DNA from: an uncultured delta proteobacterium
GTDB lineage: Bacteria; Desulfobacterota; Desulfobacteria; Desulfobacterales; JAFDCJ01
DNA: 64,000 nucleotides
Assembly (NCBI GenBank): GCA_963769935.1
Contig: CAVYNY010000017.1
Span: forward strand, 96,001-160,000
Direction: 5' to 3'
This document shows positions 1-10,128 of the stretch, in pieces. The translations under genes were made by a program, and so were the position numbers. Below the pieces are notes generated by a model. That model did not search any database, was not told where the DNA came from, and saw only the letters and a list, made by a program, of their open reading frames with translations. The number at the start of each line of letters is the position of its first letter. Position 1 is the first letter of the stretch.

Positions 1-120
1 AACGGCAAAATCGATGATGTGCATGACGCCGTATGCCAGGGAAAATCCGATGGCGATGGTGATGTAAATGCCGCCGATCAGCAGTCCGTCCACAATGGCC
101 TGGGGTAATAAAACGAGCAT
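1..120 (-). CDS. Branched-chain amino acid ABC permease (LivH-like), N-terminus; runs off the window
   Basis: Manual translation MLVLLPQAIVDGLLIGGIYITIAIGFSLAYGVMHIIDFAV is a typical LivH start; lies downstream of the binding-protein gene. Confidence 0.85.
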   Translation of the reverse strand, partial: MLVLLPQAIVDGLLIGGIYITIAIGFSLAYGVMHIIDFAV

Positions 121-203
121 GGCTGCCTCCCTGAGATGGATGACGGCCGGTCGCGGGCGAGGCCCGCGGCCGGCCTTTATCTGTCAAATCGGACGGACGG
201 CGA

Positions 204-1439
204 TTACCGTTGATCCCAAGGCTTCATGGGATAAATCGGTTTCGCTTCCGCATCCTTTGCCGGCCCCACGATCACGGTTTTGCCGTTCTGGATCTGGATC
301 GTAAGAGGAGTGATACCAATGTTGGCGTGATAATATTGCCCCTCGTCGGCGAACTTGAGCCGACCGTAGAAGGTCTTCACGTCGAGTTCCTCCAGCGCTT
401 TCACCAGGGCGGCCTTGGCTTCGTCGGACAGCGGCGGCGCGGCCTGAATCTTCATCAGAGCCGCCTGGAAAGCGAGGCCCGCGGTGGAGGAACCGGCTTG
501 GGTGTAGTCCGCCGGCACGCCGAAGGCGTCTTCCGCTGCTTTGGCGTAGGTAGCGGCATCCTTCCAGAGCAGTTCGGCTTCGGTGTGAACCGTCGACGTC
601 CAGACCGAACCGCCGAAGACGCCATCGGCATCCGCGCCCAAGGCTTCCACGAAGGCCGGCTCGGTCACGCCGTAATGCATGAGCAGGGCCTTGGGGGTGT
701 AGTTGATCTGACGCAGGGATTTGACCATGTTGATCAGCTCCTCGTCATGGCCCCCGAAGGCCACCAGGTCCGGCCGCAGCACCTTGATCGCCGACATCAA
801 GGGGGTCAGGTCCTGTCCGGTGGGAACGATGTTGAACTTACGGACTTTGATGCCCTTTTCCTCGGCGGCCGCCTTGAACGCCTCGGCGGTGGCCTTGGAA
901 AAGGTGTCGTTTGAGCCCAGAATAACGGCTGTTTGGGGCGGAGGCGATAAATTTTTGATGGTGTCGATGGGGGTGGCGCCGGTGAAGTTGACCGGCGGAA
1001 TGGTGCCGAATGTATATTTGAATTTTTGCTCCCAGATAAGCGGCGACTCGGCGGAACCGGTGATCATCGGTATCTTGTATTTTTCCAGCACCGGCGCCGA
1101 TGCCAGGGTCACCCCCGAGGAATAGGGGCCGAGCACGAAATCGACCTTTTCCTGGGTGGCCAGCCGTTCGGCCCCGGAAGCGCCCTGATCCGGCTTGGAC
1201 TGGGCGTCGGTGTAAAACAACTGTACCTTGTAGCGCTTCCCGCCAATTTCGATGCCGCCCGCGTTGTTGACCGCCTGGGCCCAGAGGTCGTATCCGCGCT
1301 TGGTAACGTTGCCGCCCGTGGCCAGATCGCCGGAAAGGGACGTGATAACGCCCACCTTGTAAAAATCCCTATCCTGCGCCAGTGCGGGGCCCGCCGCGAT
1401 CAGGGCCAGTATCATGACTGTCAGAAGTCCGCGTTTCAT
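204..1439 (-). CDS. Branched-chain amino acid ABC substrate-binding protein (LivJ/K family)
   Basis: Signal peptide MKRGLL..ALA, KVGVITSLSG, VDFVLGPYSSG; AGGAGG RBS before the ATG at 1439. Confidence 0.9.
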   Translation of the reverse strand: MKRGLLTVMILALIAAGPALAQDRDFYKVGVITSLSGDLATGGNVTKRGYDLWAQAVNNAGGIEIGGKRYKVQLFYTDAQSKPDQGASGAERLATQEKVDFVLGPYSSGVTLASAPVLEKYKIPMITGSAESPLIWEQKFKYTFGTIPPVNFTGATPIDTIKNLSPPPQTAVILGSNDTFSKATAEAFKAAAEEKGIKVRKFNIVPTGQDLTPLMSAIKVLRPDLVAFGGHDEELINMVKSLRQINYTPKALLMHYGVTEPAFVEALGADADGVFGGSVWTSTVHTEAELLWKDAATYAKAAEDAFGVPADYTQAGSSTAGLAFQAALMKIQAAPPLSDEAKAALVKALEELDVKTFYGRLKFADEGQYYHANIGITPLTIQIQNGKTVIVGPAKDAEAKPIYPMKPWDQR

Positions 1440-1599
1440 AATGTCCTCCTTACTGATTAGATGGGTTTGATGGAATGGTATCGTCCAATGTGCCATGAAT
1501 GCTCTCGCAAGAAGCATGTCTTAGGTTTGATGGTATTTATTTTCAAGGTTGCCGGCGGCCGATCCGGGCAAAACCGCTTCGATTCGGATGGGATGTGGG

Positions 1600-2130
1600 T
1601 CCTTTGGGGCAGAAAATGGCGGATCAGGGGCAAAAGGCACTCCCGGCGCTCCCGTAGCGGGGGCATCCGCAAGGGGATGACATTGAGCCGGTAATAGAGA
1701 TCGCGGCGAAAATCCCCCGCCTCGGCCATTGTCTCCAGGTTCCGGCTGGTGGCGGCCAGGATTCGGACATCGACCCGGCGGCCGGCCGTGGCGCCTACTC
1801 GAGCGACCTGTCCGTCCTCCAGGAACCGGAGCAGCTTCACCTGGGAAGACAGGGGCAGTTCGGCAATCTCGTCTAGAAACAAAATGCCGCCGTCGGCCAG
1901 TTCGAAATAGCCGGGTTTGCCGCTTCTGTTCGCGCCGGTGAAGGCCCCTTTTTCGTACCCGAACAGCTCCGATTCCACCAGAGACTCCGGAATGGCGCCG
2001 CTGTTGATCTTGATCATGGGTTGATCGGACCGTGCGGAGTGCTTGTGAATGCGATCCGCCACCAATCCCTTGCCGGTTCCCGATTCTCCCAGAATCAATG
2101 CCGTGGATTCGACTTTGCTCACCTTCAGAA
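1600..2130 (-). pseudogene. Truncated sigma54-dependent activator (central AAA domain only)
   Basis: GESGTGKG, ESELFGYEKGAFTGA, LFLDEI and FRRDLYYRLNV present; no sensor domain and no C-terminal HTH; boundaries approximate. Confidence 0.8.
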
Positions 2131-2483
2131 AGATAAGAAGTTGCTTTTCCAGAGCGGATAAATCGAAATTCGCGAATTGTGTATCGGCTTCGGCTTCCGA
2201 CTTCGCTCTCCGAGCTACGACGGGACAAGGCAGCTCAACAGATTGAAGCACCCATCAGAGCAAACTATACATACTCAAATAATCAAAGCCGGTTTTGCTG
2301 TCAAGACTAATTTTTTACGCCGGGAGTGCATTTTCAGGCCAATTCGAATATAGCTCACCGGTTTGCCTGGGTTTGAAAGTCACCAAACGACTGAACGGCG
2401 ACCGCAGCACCGGCTTTGGCATCGTCATAGGGTACGGCTTGAGCCAAATAAAGTTTTTAGGCCTAACTCCCGATGAATAGTCT

Positions 2484-3041
2484 ATGAAGAGTTCATTGCC
2501 AATGGTTTTTCGATACCACGTATTTATCGGAGTCGGCCTGGCAGCTCTATCTTTATTTGTTTTTACAATATCCTGCGCCTCAAATCGTAAACAGCCGGCC
2601 GCCGCAGCCCCAACTATGAGCCGGGCTGCAAAAGCGGCAGGACACCCGCGAAGCGGCAGCGTGGAGCAGCGCATCCTTGAGGAATATAACCGCTGGAAAG
2701 GAACCCGCCACCTACTGGGTGGAACCGGCGGTGACGGCATCGACTGCTCCGGGTTTGTGAAAGCTGTCTACCAGGACGCCTTCGACATCATACTGCCTCG
2801 TACGACAAAAGCGCAGGTACGCCAGGGCAAACCGGTCCCCTTGGGTGATCTCCGGCCCGGCGATCTCGTATTTTTTAACCCGCCGAATTTTCCGCGCCAC
2901 GTCGGTATTTTTTTAAACCGCTCTCAATTCGTACATGCCTCCAAAACCAAAGGCGTCACCATATCCAAAATCGATGCCGACTACTGGCTTAAGTATTATT
3001 GGACCGCACGCCGTATATTGCCTGCCTCTCAAACACCTTAA
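2484..3041 (+). CDS. NlpC/P60 (C40) peptidase lipoprotein
   Basis: GIDCSGFV catalytic motif, GDLVFF, HVGI, FVHAS; lipobox-like ISC. Confidence 0.9.
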   Translation: MKSSLPMVFRYHVFIGVGLAALSLFVFTISCASNRKQPAAAAPTMSRAAKAAGHPRSGSVEQRILEEYNRWKGTRHLLGGTGGDGIDCSGFVKAVYQDAFDIILPRTTKAQVRQGKPVPLGDLRPGDLVFFNPPNFPRHVGIFLNRSQFVHASKTKGVTISKIDADYWLKYYWTARRILPASQTP

Positions 3042-3150
3042 AATTCACTATTCTCACTTTCTTTGTGGATAGCAAGAATCGGGTGGACCGTCCTTCCGAA
3101 TGTAAATATATTCACCTAAAAATTAACAGTAGAAATTATAGGAAATTGAG

Positions 3151-4188
3151 GTGAAAGTCATGAGTTCGATGAAACCATCCGAGTGGGCAATGCTGGTGGT
3201 GCTTTCCGTTTTCTGGGGCGGCTCCTTCTTTTTCATTGAAGTCGCGCTGCGCGGATTTCAGCCCTTTGCTATCGTCTTTTTGCGCGTGGTTTTGGCGGCA
3301 ATCATATTAACAGTCGTGGTATATCTAACCGGCCGACGCCTGCCGTCTTCACCCGGGGTGTGGGGTTCCTATTTTGTCATGGGCGCCCTGAACAACGCGA
3401 TTCCCTTCAGTTTGATTGTCTGGGGACAGACGCTTATCGACAGCGGGGTGGCGTCGATTTTGAACGCCACGACTCCGATTTTTACGGTGCTGCTGGCTCA
3501 TTTTATGACATCGGACGAGCACCTGACGTTTCGAAAAATGATGGGGGTATTGATCGGCTTTTGCGGAGTCTATATCATGCTGCAGCCCGAGCTCAAAGAT
3601 GGATTCAGCTGGCACGGGCTGGGCCACGTGGCCGTCCTGGGCGCCGCGGTTTCCTACAGCCTGGCCGGCATATTCGGCAAACGCTTTAAAAAAACATCTC
3701 CCGTGGTCAACGCAGCGGGCATGCTGATTTGCTCCAGTGTCATCATGCTCCCGCTGGTGCTTATGACCGGCGCCCTGGGTTTGTCCCGGCCGGCCGCGGC
3801 CGCCGTTGCTGCCGTATGCGGCCTGGCGACTGTGAGTACCGTCGTGGCCTACCTGCTCTATTTTCGGATTCTGGCCTCTGCCGGCGCAACCAACGTATTG
3901 CTGGTCACCTTTCTGATACCGGTCAGTGCGCTTCTATTGGGGGTCGGGGTGCTGGGGGAAGTCATCCATCTGCTGGAATATGCCGGTATGGGATGCATAT
4001 TTGCAGGGCTCATGGTTATCGATGGGAGAGTTCTGAGTCGGATCAAAAACAGTGTCGCCGGCCGGCAAAAAAAACGCTCATTTCGCCATATGGACCCTGA
4101 TGCGGCTAAAATCGAGGAAGGCCCGGCTTCGCCGGCGGCTGAATTATTGCTGCGCTTCAAAAAGCGTCGAGGGGTGAAGCTGCAGTAA
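3151..4188 (+). CDS. DMT/EamA family transporter
   Basis: WGGSFFF, SGVASILNATTPIFT, about 10 TM helices. Confidence 0.9.
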   Translation: MKVMSSMKPSEWAMLVVLSVFWGGSFFFIEVALRGFQPFAIVFLRVVLAAIILTVVVYLTGRRLPSSPGVWGSYFVMGALNNAIPFSLIVWGQTLIDSGVASILNATTPIFTVLLAHFMTSDEHLTFRKMMGVLIGFCGVYIMLQPELKDGFSWHGLGHVAVLGAAVSYSLAGIFGKRFKKTSPVVNAAGMLICSSVIMLPLVLMTGALGLSRPAAAAVAAVCGLATVSTVVAYLLYFRILASAGATNVLLVTFLIPVSALLLGVGVLGEVIHLLEYAGMGCIFAGLMVIDGRVLSRIKNSVAGRQKKRSFRHMDPDAAKIEEGPASPAAELLLRFKKRRGVKLQ

Positions 4189-4244
4189 ACTTTCCTGACC
4201 CGGGAAAGCCAAAATAGTGGATGATTCGGTCGAACGGCCTGTCG

Positions 4245-4460
4245 CTAATCCGGAATCTTTTTTGTGCCGGTCCACTTGCGAAACCGTTCGATCTCCTTTT
4301 TGAGCTGATCGGCTACCGGGGATGCATGGGAAGCCGCCAGGCTCTTATACATCTCGATGGCTGCCTCGGACAGCTTGTCTTGGGCCCTTAGAATAAAGAC
4401 GGGTTCGTCTTTTCCTATTTTCGGTATTTCGATTTTGCCGTACTTGCTTGATATCGCCAT
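4245..4460 (-). CDS. Small hypothetical protein (DEPVFILRAQD motif)
   Basis: AAGGAGG RBS before the ATG at 4460; 71 aa, plausible composition. Confidence 0.65.
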   Translation of the reverse strand: MAISSKYGKIEIPKIGKDEPVFILRAQDKLSEAAIEMYKSLAASHASPVADQLKKEIERFRKWTGTKKIPD

Positions 4461-4596
4461 TTTTCCCTCCTTTTGTGCAGAACTTACCTTAAATATAATT
4501 TTCGATTCAACCAAGTAAACAGGGTATACCTTAGTATTTAAAAAATGACCTGTTTTTTCACCGTTTCATCGCTTTACCGTTTCGCCGGTTCAACAG

Positions 4597-5628
4597 TCAA
4601 GCACCTTTGCCAAACGGGCAATGCGGGTGCGAACACTGCTCACAATCCTTGCATAGGCCCCCATGACCCAATAATGCCAGCTCGACCTTGCCAATTTTTT
4701 CGCCGGCTAGAATGCGGGGCAGCACCAGGTCCAGTACCGTGATGCGATGATACATACCGCAGGCCGGCACCCCCAGCAGGGGGACATCCCCGATGGAGGC
4801 CACCAGGAACATGGCGCCGGGCAGCACCGCCGAGCCGTAGTGCATTTCCGTCGCCCCGGCCAGGCGGATTCCCTGGCGGGTGACATCATCCGGATCAACG
4901 CTCATGCCGCCGCTCAGCAACAGCAAATCACAGCCGCGCTCCAACTGGGTTCGAATGGCGCTGCTGATAATGGCAGGGTCATCCGGGGCAAACGCCAGAG
5001 CTTCCACCATGCTGTTCAGAGCGGTCACTTTTTCAGTGAGAATCGGTGCAAAACGGTCTTCGATCAAACCGTGATAAACCTCATTGCCTGTAATGACCAG
5101 CCCCACTTTGGCCCGTCGCAGGGCCTTGACCGACAGGGTGGCACCGTTTTGCTGCGCGATGGCTGCCGCCCGTTCAATCGGAGCGCGCTTCATTATCAGG
5201 GGGATGGCCCTTGTCGCGGCCACCAGCTCTCCCTCTTTGACCAGGGTGTGGTTGTGAAGGGTGGCACACATGACTTCATCGACCATATTGAACGCCGCCA
5301 GTGATGTGGTGTTGACGGTGAAAAGACCGTCTTTTTCGGCCAGAAGCTTGATTTTGCCCTCCCGGGGGGCATCCTGCCAGACAATTCCCTCTCCGGCCAG
5401 TCCGGCAGCTAAAACGGCCGCCGCTTCGTCTTCATGAATTTCATCCTCGGCCAGGTCGATCTGATAAAGATGATTTTTACCCAGCTTTTGCAGGTGGCAG
5501 AGGTCATCATTGCAAACCGTATGTCCTTTTAAAAAAGCCGGTCCCTTGAACTCACCGGGACGGATCTCGGTAATATCATGGGCCAGTTTGGTACCGACAG
5601 CATCTTCTAAATTAATTTTTTTCAGCAC
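4597..5628 (-). CDS. MoeA-like molybdopterin-binding protein with C-terminal Cys cluster
   Basis: LAHDITEI, ITGNEV, SGGMSVDPDDVT, GGLCKDCEQCSHPHCPFGK; GTG start with GGAG RBS. Confidence 0.85.
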   Translation of the reverse strand: MLKKINLEDAVGTKLAHDITEIRPGEFKGPAFLKGHTVCNDDLCHLQKLGKNHLYQIDLAEDEIHEDEAAAVLAAGLAGEGIVWQDAPREGKIKLLAEKDGLFTVNTTSLAAFNMVDEVMCATLHNHTLVKEGELVAATRAIPLIMKRAPIERAAAIAQQNGATLSVKALRRAKVGLVITGNEVYHGLIEDRFAPILTEKVTALNSMVEALAFAPDDPAIISSAIRTQLERGCDLLLLSGGMSVDPDDVTRQGIRLAGATEMHYGSAVLPGAMFLVASIGDVPLLGVPACGMYHRITVLDLVLPRILAGEKIGKVELALLGHGGLCKDCEQCSHPHCPFGKGA

Positions 5629-5752
5629 GGTTCCGACTCCTTTCAAATTAAAGGGCAACGGGCAAAGAGCAGGGGGTATAGCGCAAGAGCCATAAGCCCC
5701 TAGCCGATTACCTGTAATCAGATCGATTTTATTTCGGCCACCAATCAGACAA

Positions 5753-6469
5753 TCAACCGGTCAACTCTTTTTCAGACCAGCATGCGTTTACGGCTTTCGG
5801 TGCCGGCTTTGCATTCCGATCGCCGTCGACGACGGCTTGGGAGTTTTTTTCAGGCCTCCAATTCATATCCGGCCAGCTGACCTCGCGCGCATTTGAATAA
5901 TAGGTCCCTTCAGCACAGGGCTTGCACAGCCGGCGGCCGTCCTTGATCACCTCGCGGTGGTCTCGCACGACCTGGCCGCATTGATCGCAAACCACCTTGC
6001 TGCGCGTAGGGCCGGGCAGATCAAACTCATCGACCGCTACCTGCACCTGCTGCACCCGAAATAAGACGCTGTCCGGCATGCGCTTGTAAGCTTCAAGCTG
6101 CTGAGGGTATTTTTGTTCTATTTCCGGGGCATAGACCGCTGCCAGGCTGCGGGCCTCCTCGGTGGATATCACCCTGAACGCCTTGCCGGTTTCGAGATTT
6201 AAAAAAGTGGCCGCCATGATACCGTAATCTGCAAATTTAAGGGAGCGGCGTCCCAATCTGACACCGGTGGCATGGGCGACGGCATCGGCCGTGCAGCGGT
6301 CCATCTCCACATATACGATGAGTTTCTTTATTTGATCGCGGCGGGTGGGTTCATCCAGGCCGATGAGTTTGCACCCCAGCATGGCCATACGCACGCCGAC
6401 CACCTGTCCCGGGCAGAGGTGCCCGTGGGCGGCGGCCGAGCTTTTTAAAAGGGATTCGAAACTTTGCAT
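5753..6469 (-). CDS. fmdE: FmdE family protein with C-terminal Zn finger
   Basis: HGHLCPGQVVGVRM, EMDRCTADA, CDQCG...CKPC. Confidence 0.9.
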   Translation of the reverse strand: MQSFESLLKSSAAAHGHLCPGQVVGVRMAMLGCKLIGLDEPTRRDQIKKLIVYVEMDRCTADAVAHATGVRLGRRSLKFADYGIMAATFLNLETGKAFRVISTEEARSLAAVYAPEIEQKYPQQLEAYKRMPDSVLFRVQQVQVAVDEFDLPGPTRSKVVCDQCGQVVRDHREVIKDGRRLCKPCAEGTYYSNAREVSWPDMNWRPEKNSQAVVDGDRNAKPAPKAVNACWSEKELTG

Positions 6470-6576
6470 ACTTAAATCATTTCAGATTATTTCAGGCATT
6501 TCTTTGACAGCCGGTCTTCAGAGGTCAAAATCCCCCCCACTTCGTTACTGATAGATCACCGGTAAAGCAAATTTCC

Positions 6577-6596
6577 TTATGTTAATGTTAACATAA
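6577..6596. promoter_or_regulatory. Putative ModE operator
   Basis: Palindrome TTATGTTAA-TG-TTAACATAA (TATGT-N8-ACATA) between fmdE and the divergent modE. Confidence 0.6.
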
Positions 6597-7038
6597 CAAA
6601 CGACAAAAAAAATTACCAGCGATTTGACGGTGGATCTTTAAATAGCATAGATTTATGTGTCTGTAACGTTAAAATTTTCACAGTTAGACCTCCCGGGCGA
6701 TCCCGCAAGAAATCACAGGGCCGTATTGACCGTGTGGGTGCGTAAGGATTGAGCGGGATTCGAAAGGTGGGCCGCTTGACCTTATTTTAGATATGCGATT
6801 TTAATTGCGGCGTCAATTTCTTATATGATAAAAACAGAGTTAAATTTACAGCAATTTAACTGCGCATCGAATCGATCCTTAAACGTGTCGAAAGAAGTCT
6901 CGTAACAGATCAATACAAATTCAAGGATCATGCCGTAAACTTCAAATCCCGGACCCGCAGGGTGCGCGCGGCCGATGTTAAGTTGACCAAAACTGAATTC
7001 GAACTGCTGGATGCGGGACACTCGATTTAGAGGGCGAA

Positions 7039-7368
7039 ATGGTAAAACTGGGTTTAAGATCGAGTCATTGGATCGTTGATGATGACGGCAATATCATTCT
7101 CGGCAAAGGTCGCGCCGAAATCCTGGCCAACATTGAAAAGACCGGCTCCATCAACCAGGCCGCCAAAGTCATGCAAATGTCCTACAAAGGCGTCTGGAGC
7201 AAGATAAAGGCCACCGAAAAACACCTGAACGAAAAAATCGTGCATGCCGACCGCCAAGAGGGCACTCGCCTGACCCGCTATGGCAAGGAACTGCTGGAAA
7301 AATACAAGTTTTTGGAAAAAAAGTGCATGGCCGCGGATGACAAAATTTTCAGCAAAATATTTGGTTAA
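7039..7368 (+). CDS. modE: ModE-type winged-helix regulator (HTH only, no TOBE domains)
   Basis: ILGKGRAEIL, GSINQAAKVMQMSYKGVW, GTRLT. Confidence 0.85.
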   Translation: MVKLGLRSSHWIVDDDGNIILGKGRAEILANIEKTGSINQAAKVMQMSYKGVWSKIKATEKHLNEKIVHADRQEGTRLTRYGKELLEKYKFLEKKCMAADDKIFSKIFG

Positions 7369-7609
7369 CAGGAAAGGAATTTTTATTTGCCTGAAAGGCA
7401 ATAAAAATTTAGCTCCCAATTGGGATGTTACAACTTTTACATTTCCGTCGCTTGACAAATACAACGATTTTCTTTATTAGCTTCGTATAATAGACGATGA
7501 GCGAACATCTCCATTTTACCGGCGCGATCTACTTATTAATATTTCCGCCGGTGATGCGGACTGCCTGCATTTTTAAACTGCAGAAATAAACTGCCGGTTA
7601 GGAGGGCCT

Positions 7610-8179
7610 ATGAACGAAGCCGACCGTGCATCGCAGGGGAAAAAGCCCGCCTGGCGAAGAGCGATTAAACCCGTCGTTCTCATCGGAATCGGTATTATCA
7701 TCGCTTTTCCGTTATTCAGCATGACTTATTACACCATGGTGCGCACATCGACGCCGCAATTTTGTGCCAGCTGCCACGAAATCCAATCCGCCTACAACAC
7801 CTGGAAAACCTCCACCCACGTCAACAATGCCCAGGGCTTTGTGGCCGACTGCATGGACTGCCATTTGCCGGCTCCCCACGACACCTTTAATTTTTTCTAT
7901 CAGAAGACGCTGCACGGCATCAAAGACGTATTCGTGCACTTCATGCAGGGCGAATACGATCGCAAAAAAAATCGTGAAGCGGCCTATGCTTCTTTTAAGA
8001 ATGAACAGTGCATGAAGTGCCACCGCAATCTGCTTTACATTCCGGATAAGCGCGGCGCCATGCTGGCGCACCGAACCGTCGTCTACCCGCGGCCGGGTTA
8101 TGAAAAAAAATGCGTGGACTGCCATCGTCCCCTGGTTCATATCCCGCGCCAAATTTATGACTACAAACAATTCGGCTGA
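7610..8179 (+). CDS. NapC/NirT family membrane tetraheme cytochrome c
   Basis: N-terminal TM helix, TSTPQFCASCHE, 4 CxxCH. Confidence 0.9.
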   Translation: MNEADRASQGKKPAWRRAIKPVVLIGIGIIIAFPLFSMTYYTMVRTSTPQFCASCHEIQSAYNTWKTSTHVNNAQGFVADCMDCHLPAPHDTFNFFYQKTLHGIKDVFVHFMQGEYDRKKNREAAYASFKNEQCMKCHRNLLYIPDKRGAMLAHRTVVYPRPGYEKKCVDCHRPLVHIPRQIYDYKQFG

Positions 8180-8281
8180 CTGATATAAATGCCTAAATTG
8201 TCTAAAATGCCCGCTAGTGCCCTGCATGGCAGGCGGGATCGTCGATATTGCATTCCAAGTCCTAAGAAAGGGGGGCAGAGT

Positions 8282-9679
8282 ATGAAAAGGCTTTTTTATA
8301 TCGTCGCGCTTACGGCTGCAGCTGCCGGCATGACGGCAACCTGGACCAGGGTCGCCGCTGCCCAAAGCACGGGAAATTTTCCCAAAGACAAGGAGTTTCG
8401 CATTGTGCGCAGCATGCCGCCGCAGGCGGTCGCCTGCCTGGAATGCCATAAGGCGGAACATCCCGGCATTTTCGACGACTGGGCCCAGAGCCGGCATGCC
8501 AGCGCCAACATTACCTGCTACGACTGCCACAAGGCCGAAGAGTTTGATCCGGACGTCAGCCAGGAGCACTATAAGCAGTATGAGCGCTCCGATACAAAAT
8601 ACGGCACCCGGGAATACAAAGTGCCGGTGACGGCGGCCGTAAGCCCCAAGGATTGTTCCCGCTGCCACCCGGATGAGGTGCTGGAATACAGCCGGAGCAA
8701 ACATGCCAATACCCTGGAGATCATCTGGAAAATCGATCCCTGGCTGAACAAGGGCATGAACAGCGATCTCGAAAGGACGACCGGATGTTACGTGTGTCAT
8801 GGTACCATTCTAAAACAAAAAGAGGGTGCCTTGGATCCGGCGACCTGGCCGAATGCGGGCGTGGGGCGGCTTAATTTCGACGGCAGCAAGGGCAGCTGCA
8901 CCTCCTGCCACACGCGGCACCGCTTCGCGGTCATGGAAGCGCGCAAACCGGAGGCCTGCGGCCAGTGCCACCTGGGACCCGATCATCCTCAGATCGAAAT
9001 CTATATGGAATCCAAGCACGGCGATATTTACACGGCGCACGGCAACTCCTACAACTGGAATGCCGCCCCGGGCACCTGGACACCGGGGGTCGACTACCGC
9101 GCGCCGACCTGCGCCGTCTGCCATATTTCGGGCGCCGGCCCGGTGCTGACAAGCCATGACGTTACCGAGCGGCTGGCCTGGGAAACCCAGGCGCCGTTGA
9201 CCGTTCGACCCAGTGATTTCAAACCCTTTCCCGCCAAGACGAATTACGAAGTCGAGCGCAAAAAAATGAAGGCCATTTGCCTGCAATGCCACGGCGACAC
9301 CTGGGTGAACGGCCATTTTGTCAGACTGGATGAGGTCGTTGCAGAATACAATGACGTTTACTACCAGCCGGCCAAAAAGATGCTTGATGATTTATATGCC
9401 AAGGGTTTGCTGGACAATACCAAATACTTTGACGAGCGCCTGGAATGGGAGTTTTACGAGTTGTGGCATCACGAAGGGCGCCGGGCGCGTTTCGGCGCCG
9501 CCATGATGGCGCCGGACTACGCCTGGTGGCACGGCTTCTACGAGTGCAAAAAACGCTTTATTAACTTCTTTGAGGAGGCCGATAACCTGATCAAGCACAA
9601 CCAGAAGGCCTATCGGGCCATGGATTTTCCGGCTGCCACGGGCAACACCAAGCGGCCGGTAGAATTATTTCCGGAATAG
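8282..9679 (+). CDS. Octaheme hydroxylamine oxidoreductase (HAO)-like cytochrome c
   Basis: 8 CxxCH, CGQCHLGPDHPQIEIYMESKHG, WHHEGRRARFGAAMMAPDYAWWHG; signal peptide from the ATG at 8282. Confidence 0.9.
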   Translation: MKRLFYIVALTAAAAGMTATWTRVAAAQSTGNFPKDKEFRIVRSMPPQAVACLECHKAEHPGIFDDWAQSRHASANITCYDCHKAEEFDPDVSQEHYKQYERSDTKYGTREYKVPVTAAVSPKDCSRCHPDEVLEYSRSKHANTLEIIWKIDPWLNKGMNSDLERTTGCYVCHGTILKQKEGALDPATWPNAGVGRLNFDGSKGSCTSCHTRHRFAVMEARKPEACGQCHLGPDHPQIEIYMESKHGDIYTAHGNSYNWNAAPGTWTPGVDYRAPTCAVCHISGAGPVLTSHDVTERLAWETQAPLTVRPSDFKPFPAKTNYEVERKKMKAICLQCHGDTWVNGHFVRLDEVVAEYNDVYYQPAKKMLDDLYAKGLLDNTKYFDERLEWEFYELWHHEGRRARFGAAMMAPDYAWWHGFYECKKRFINFFEEADNLIKHNQKAYRAMDFPAATGNTKRPVELFPE

Positions 9680-9710
9680 CCAAAAGCCCTCTTGCCAAAC
9701 AGCTCTTTAA

Positions 9711-9748
9711 AAAAACTTCGCTCCAAAAAGCTTTGGAGCGGAGTTTTT
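9711..9748 (+). terminator. Rho-independent terminator
   Basis: AAAAACTTCGCTCCAAA-AAGC-TTTGGAGCGGAGTTTTT after the HAO-like gene. Confidence 0.8.
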
Positions 9749-10010
9749 CTATTTTAAACCGTGTACGCAAGCCTATTTCAGAATCGAGACCGTGAAACCA
9801 CTGCTAATTATTCCGCGCTTTCTTCAATCTTCAAGGAACAACCTAAGATTGAAAGCACTGTTTTTGGGGACGGATTAATCAAGCTTTTGTTTTTATATCC
9901 TCAGGTGCCCGGCGCACGGTCCAGGGTTGACGATAACTAAATCAATGGGTAAGAATACAAGGGTAGGCGTTAGTCGGAAACACATATGATACCGCCAAAA
10001 TTTTTTATGC

Positions 10011-10096
10011 AAATCAGCGACTAGGGGCAGAGCGTGGTCTCGGCCCCTCCCAGGGGCCTGCCTTGTACCCCCAGCTCTGCTGGCGGTCGCTGATTT
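10011..10096. repeat. Long nested hairpin (REP/MITE-like or structured leader)
   Basis: AAATCAGCGAC/GTCGCTGATTT, GCAGAGC/GCTCTGC and GGCCCCT/AGGGGCC stems. Confidence 0.6.
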
Positions 10097-10128
10097 ATCA
10101 GGAAAATAATCGAAAGGGATAAGTATTT

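Noticed and set aside
1481..1496. Sigma54 promoter for the liv operon
   Set aside because: TGGCAC is present on the minus strand but the -12 TTGC is missing
6470..7038. Moco/Tuco riboswitch or Rex site (ACGTTAAAATTTTCACAG at 6666-6683)
   Set aside because: No convincing riboswitch consensus; the Rex-like match is too degenerate in AT-rich DNA
7712..8800. Long antisense ORFs (also 23596..24585, 59175..59963, 16621..17430)
   Set aside because: Shadows of well-supported genes on the opposite strand, with no recognisable motifs
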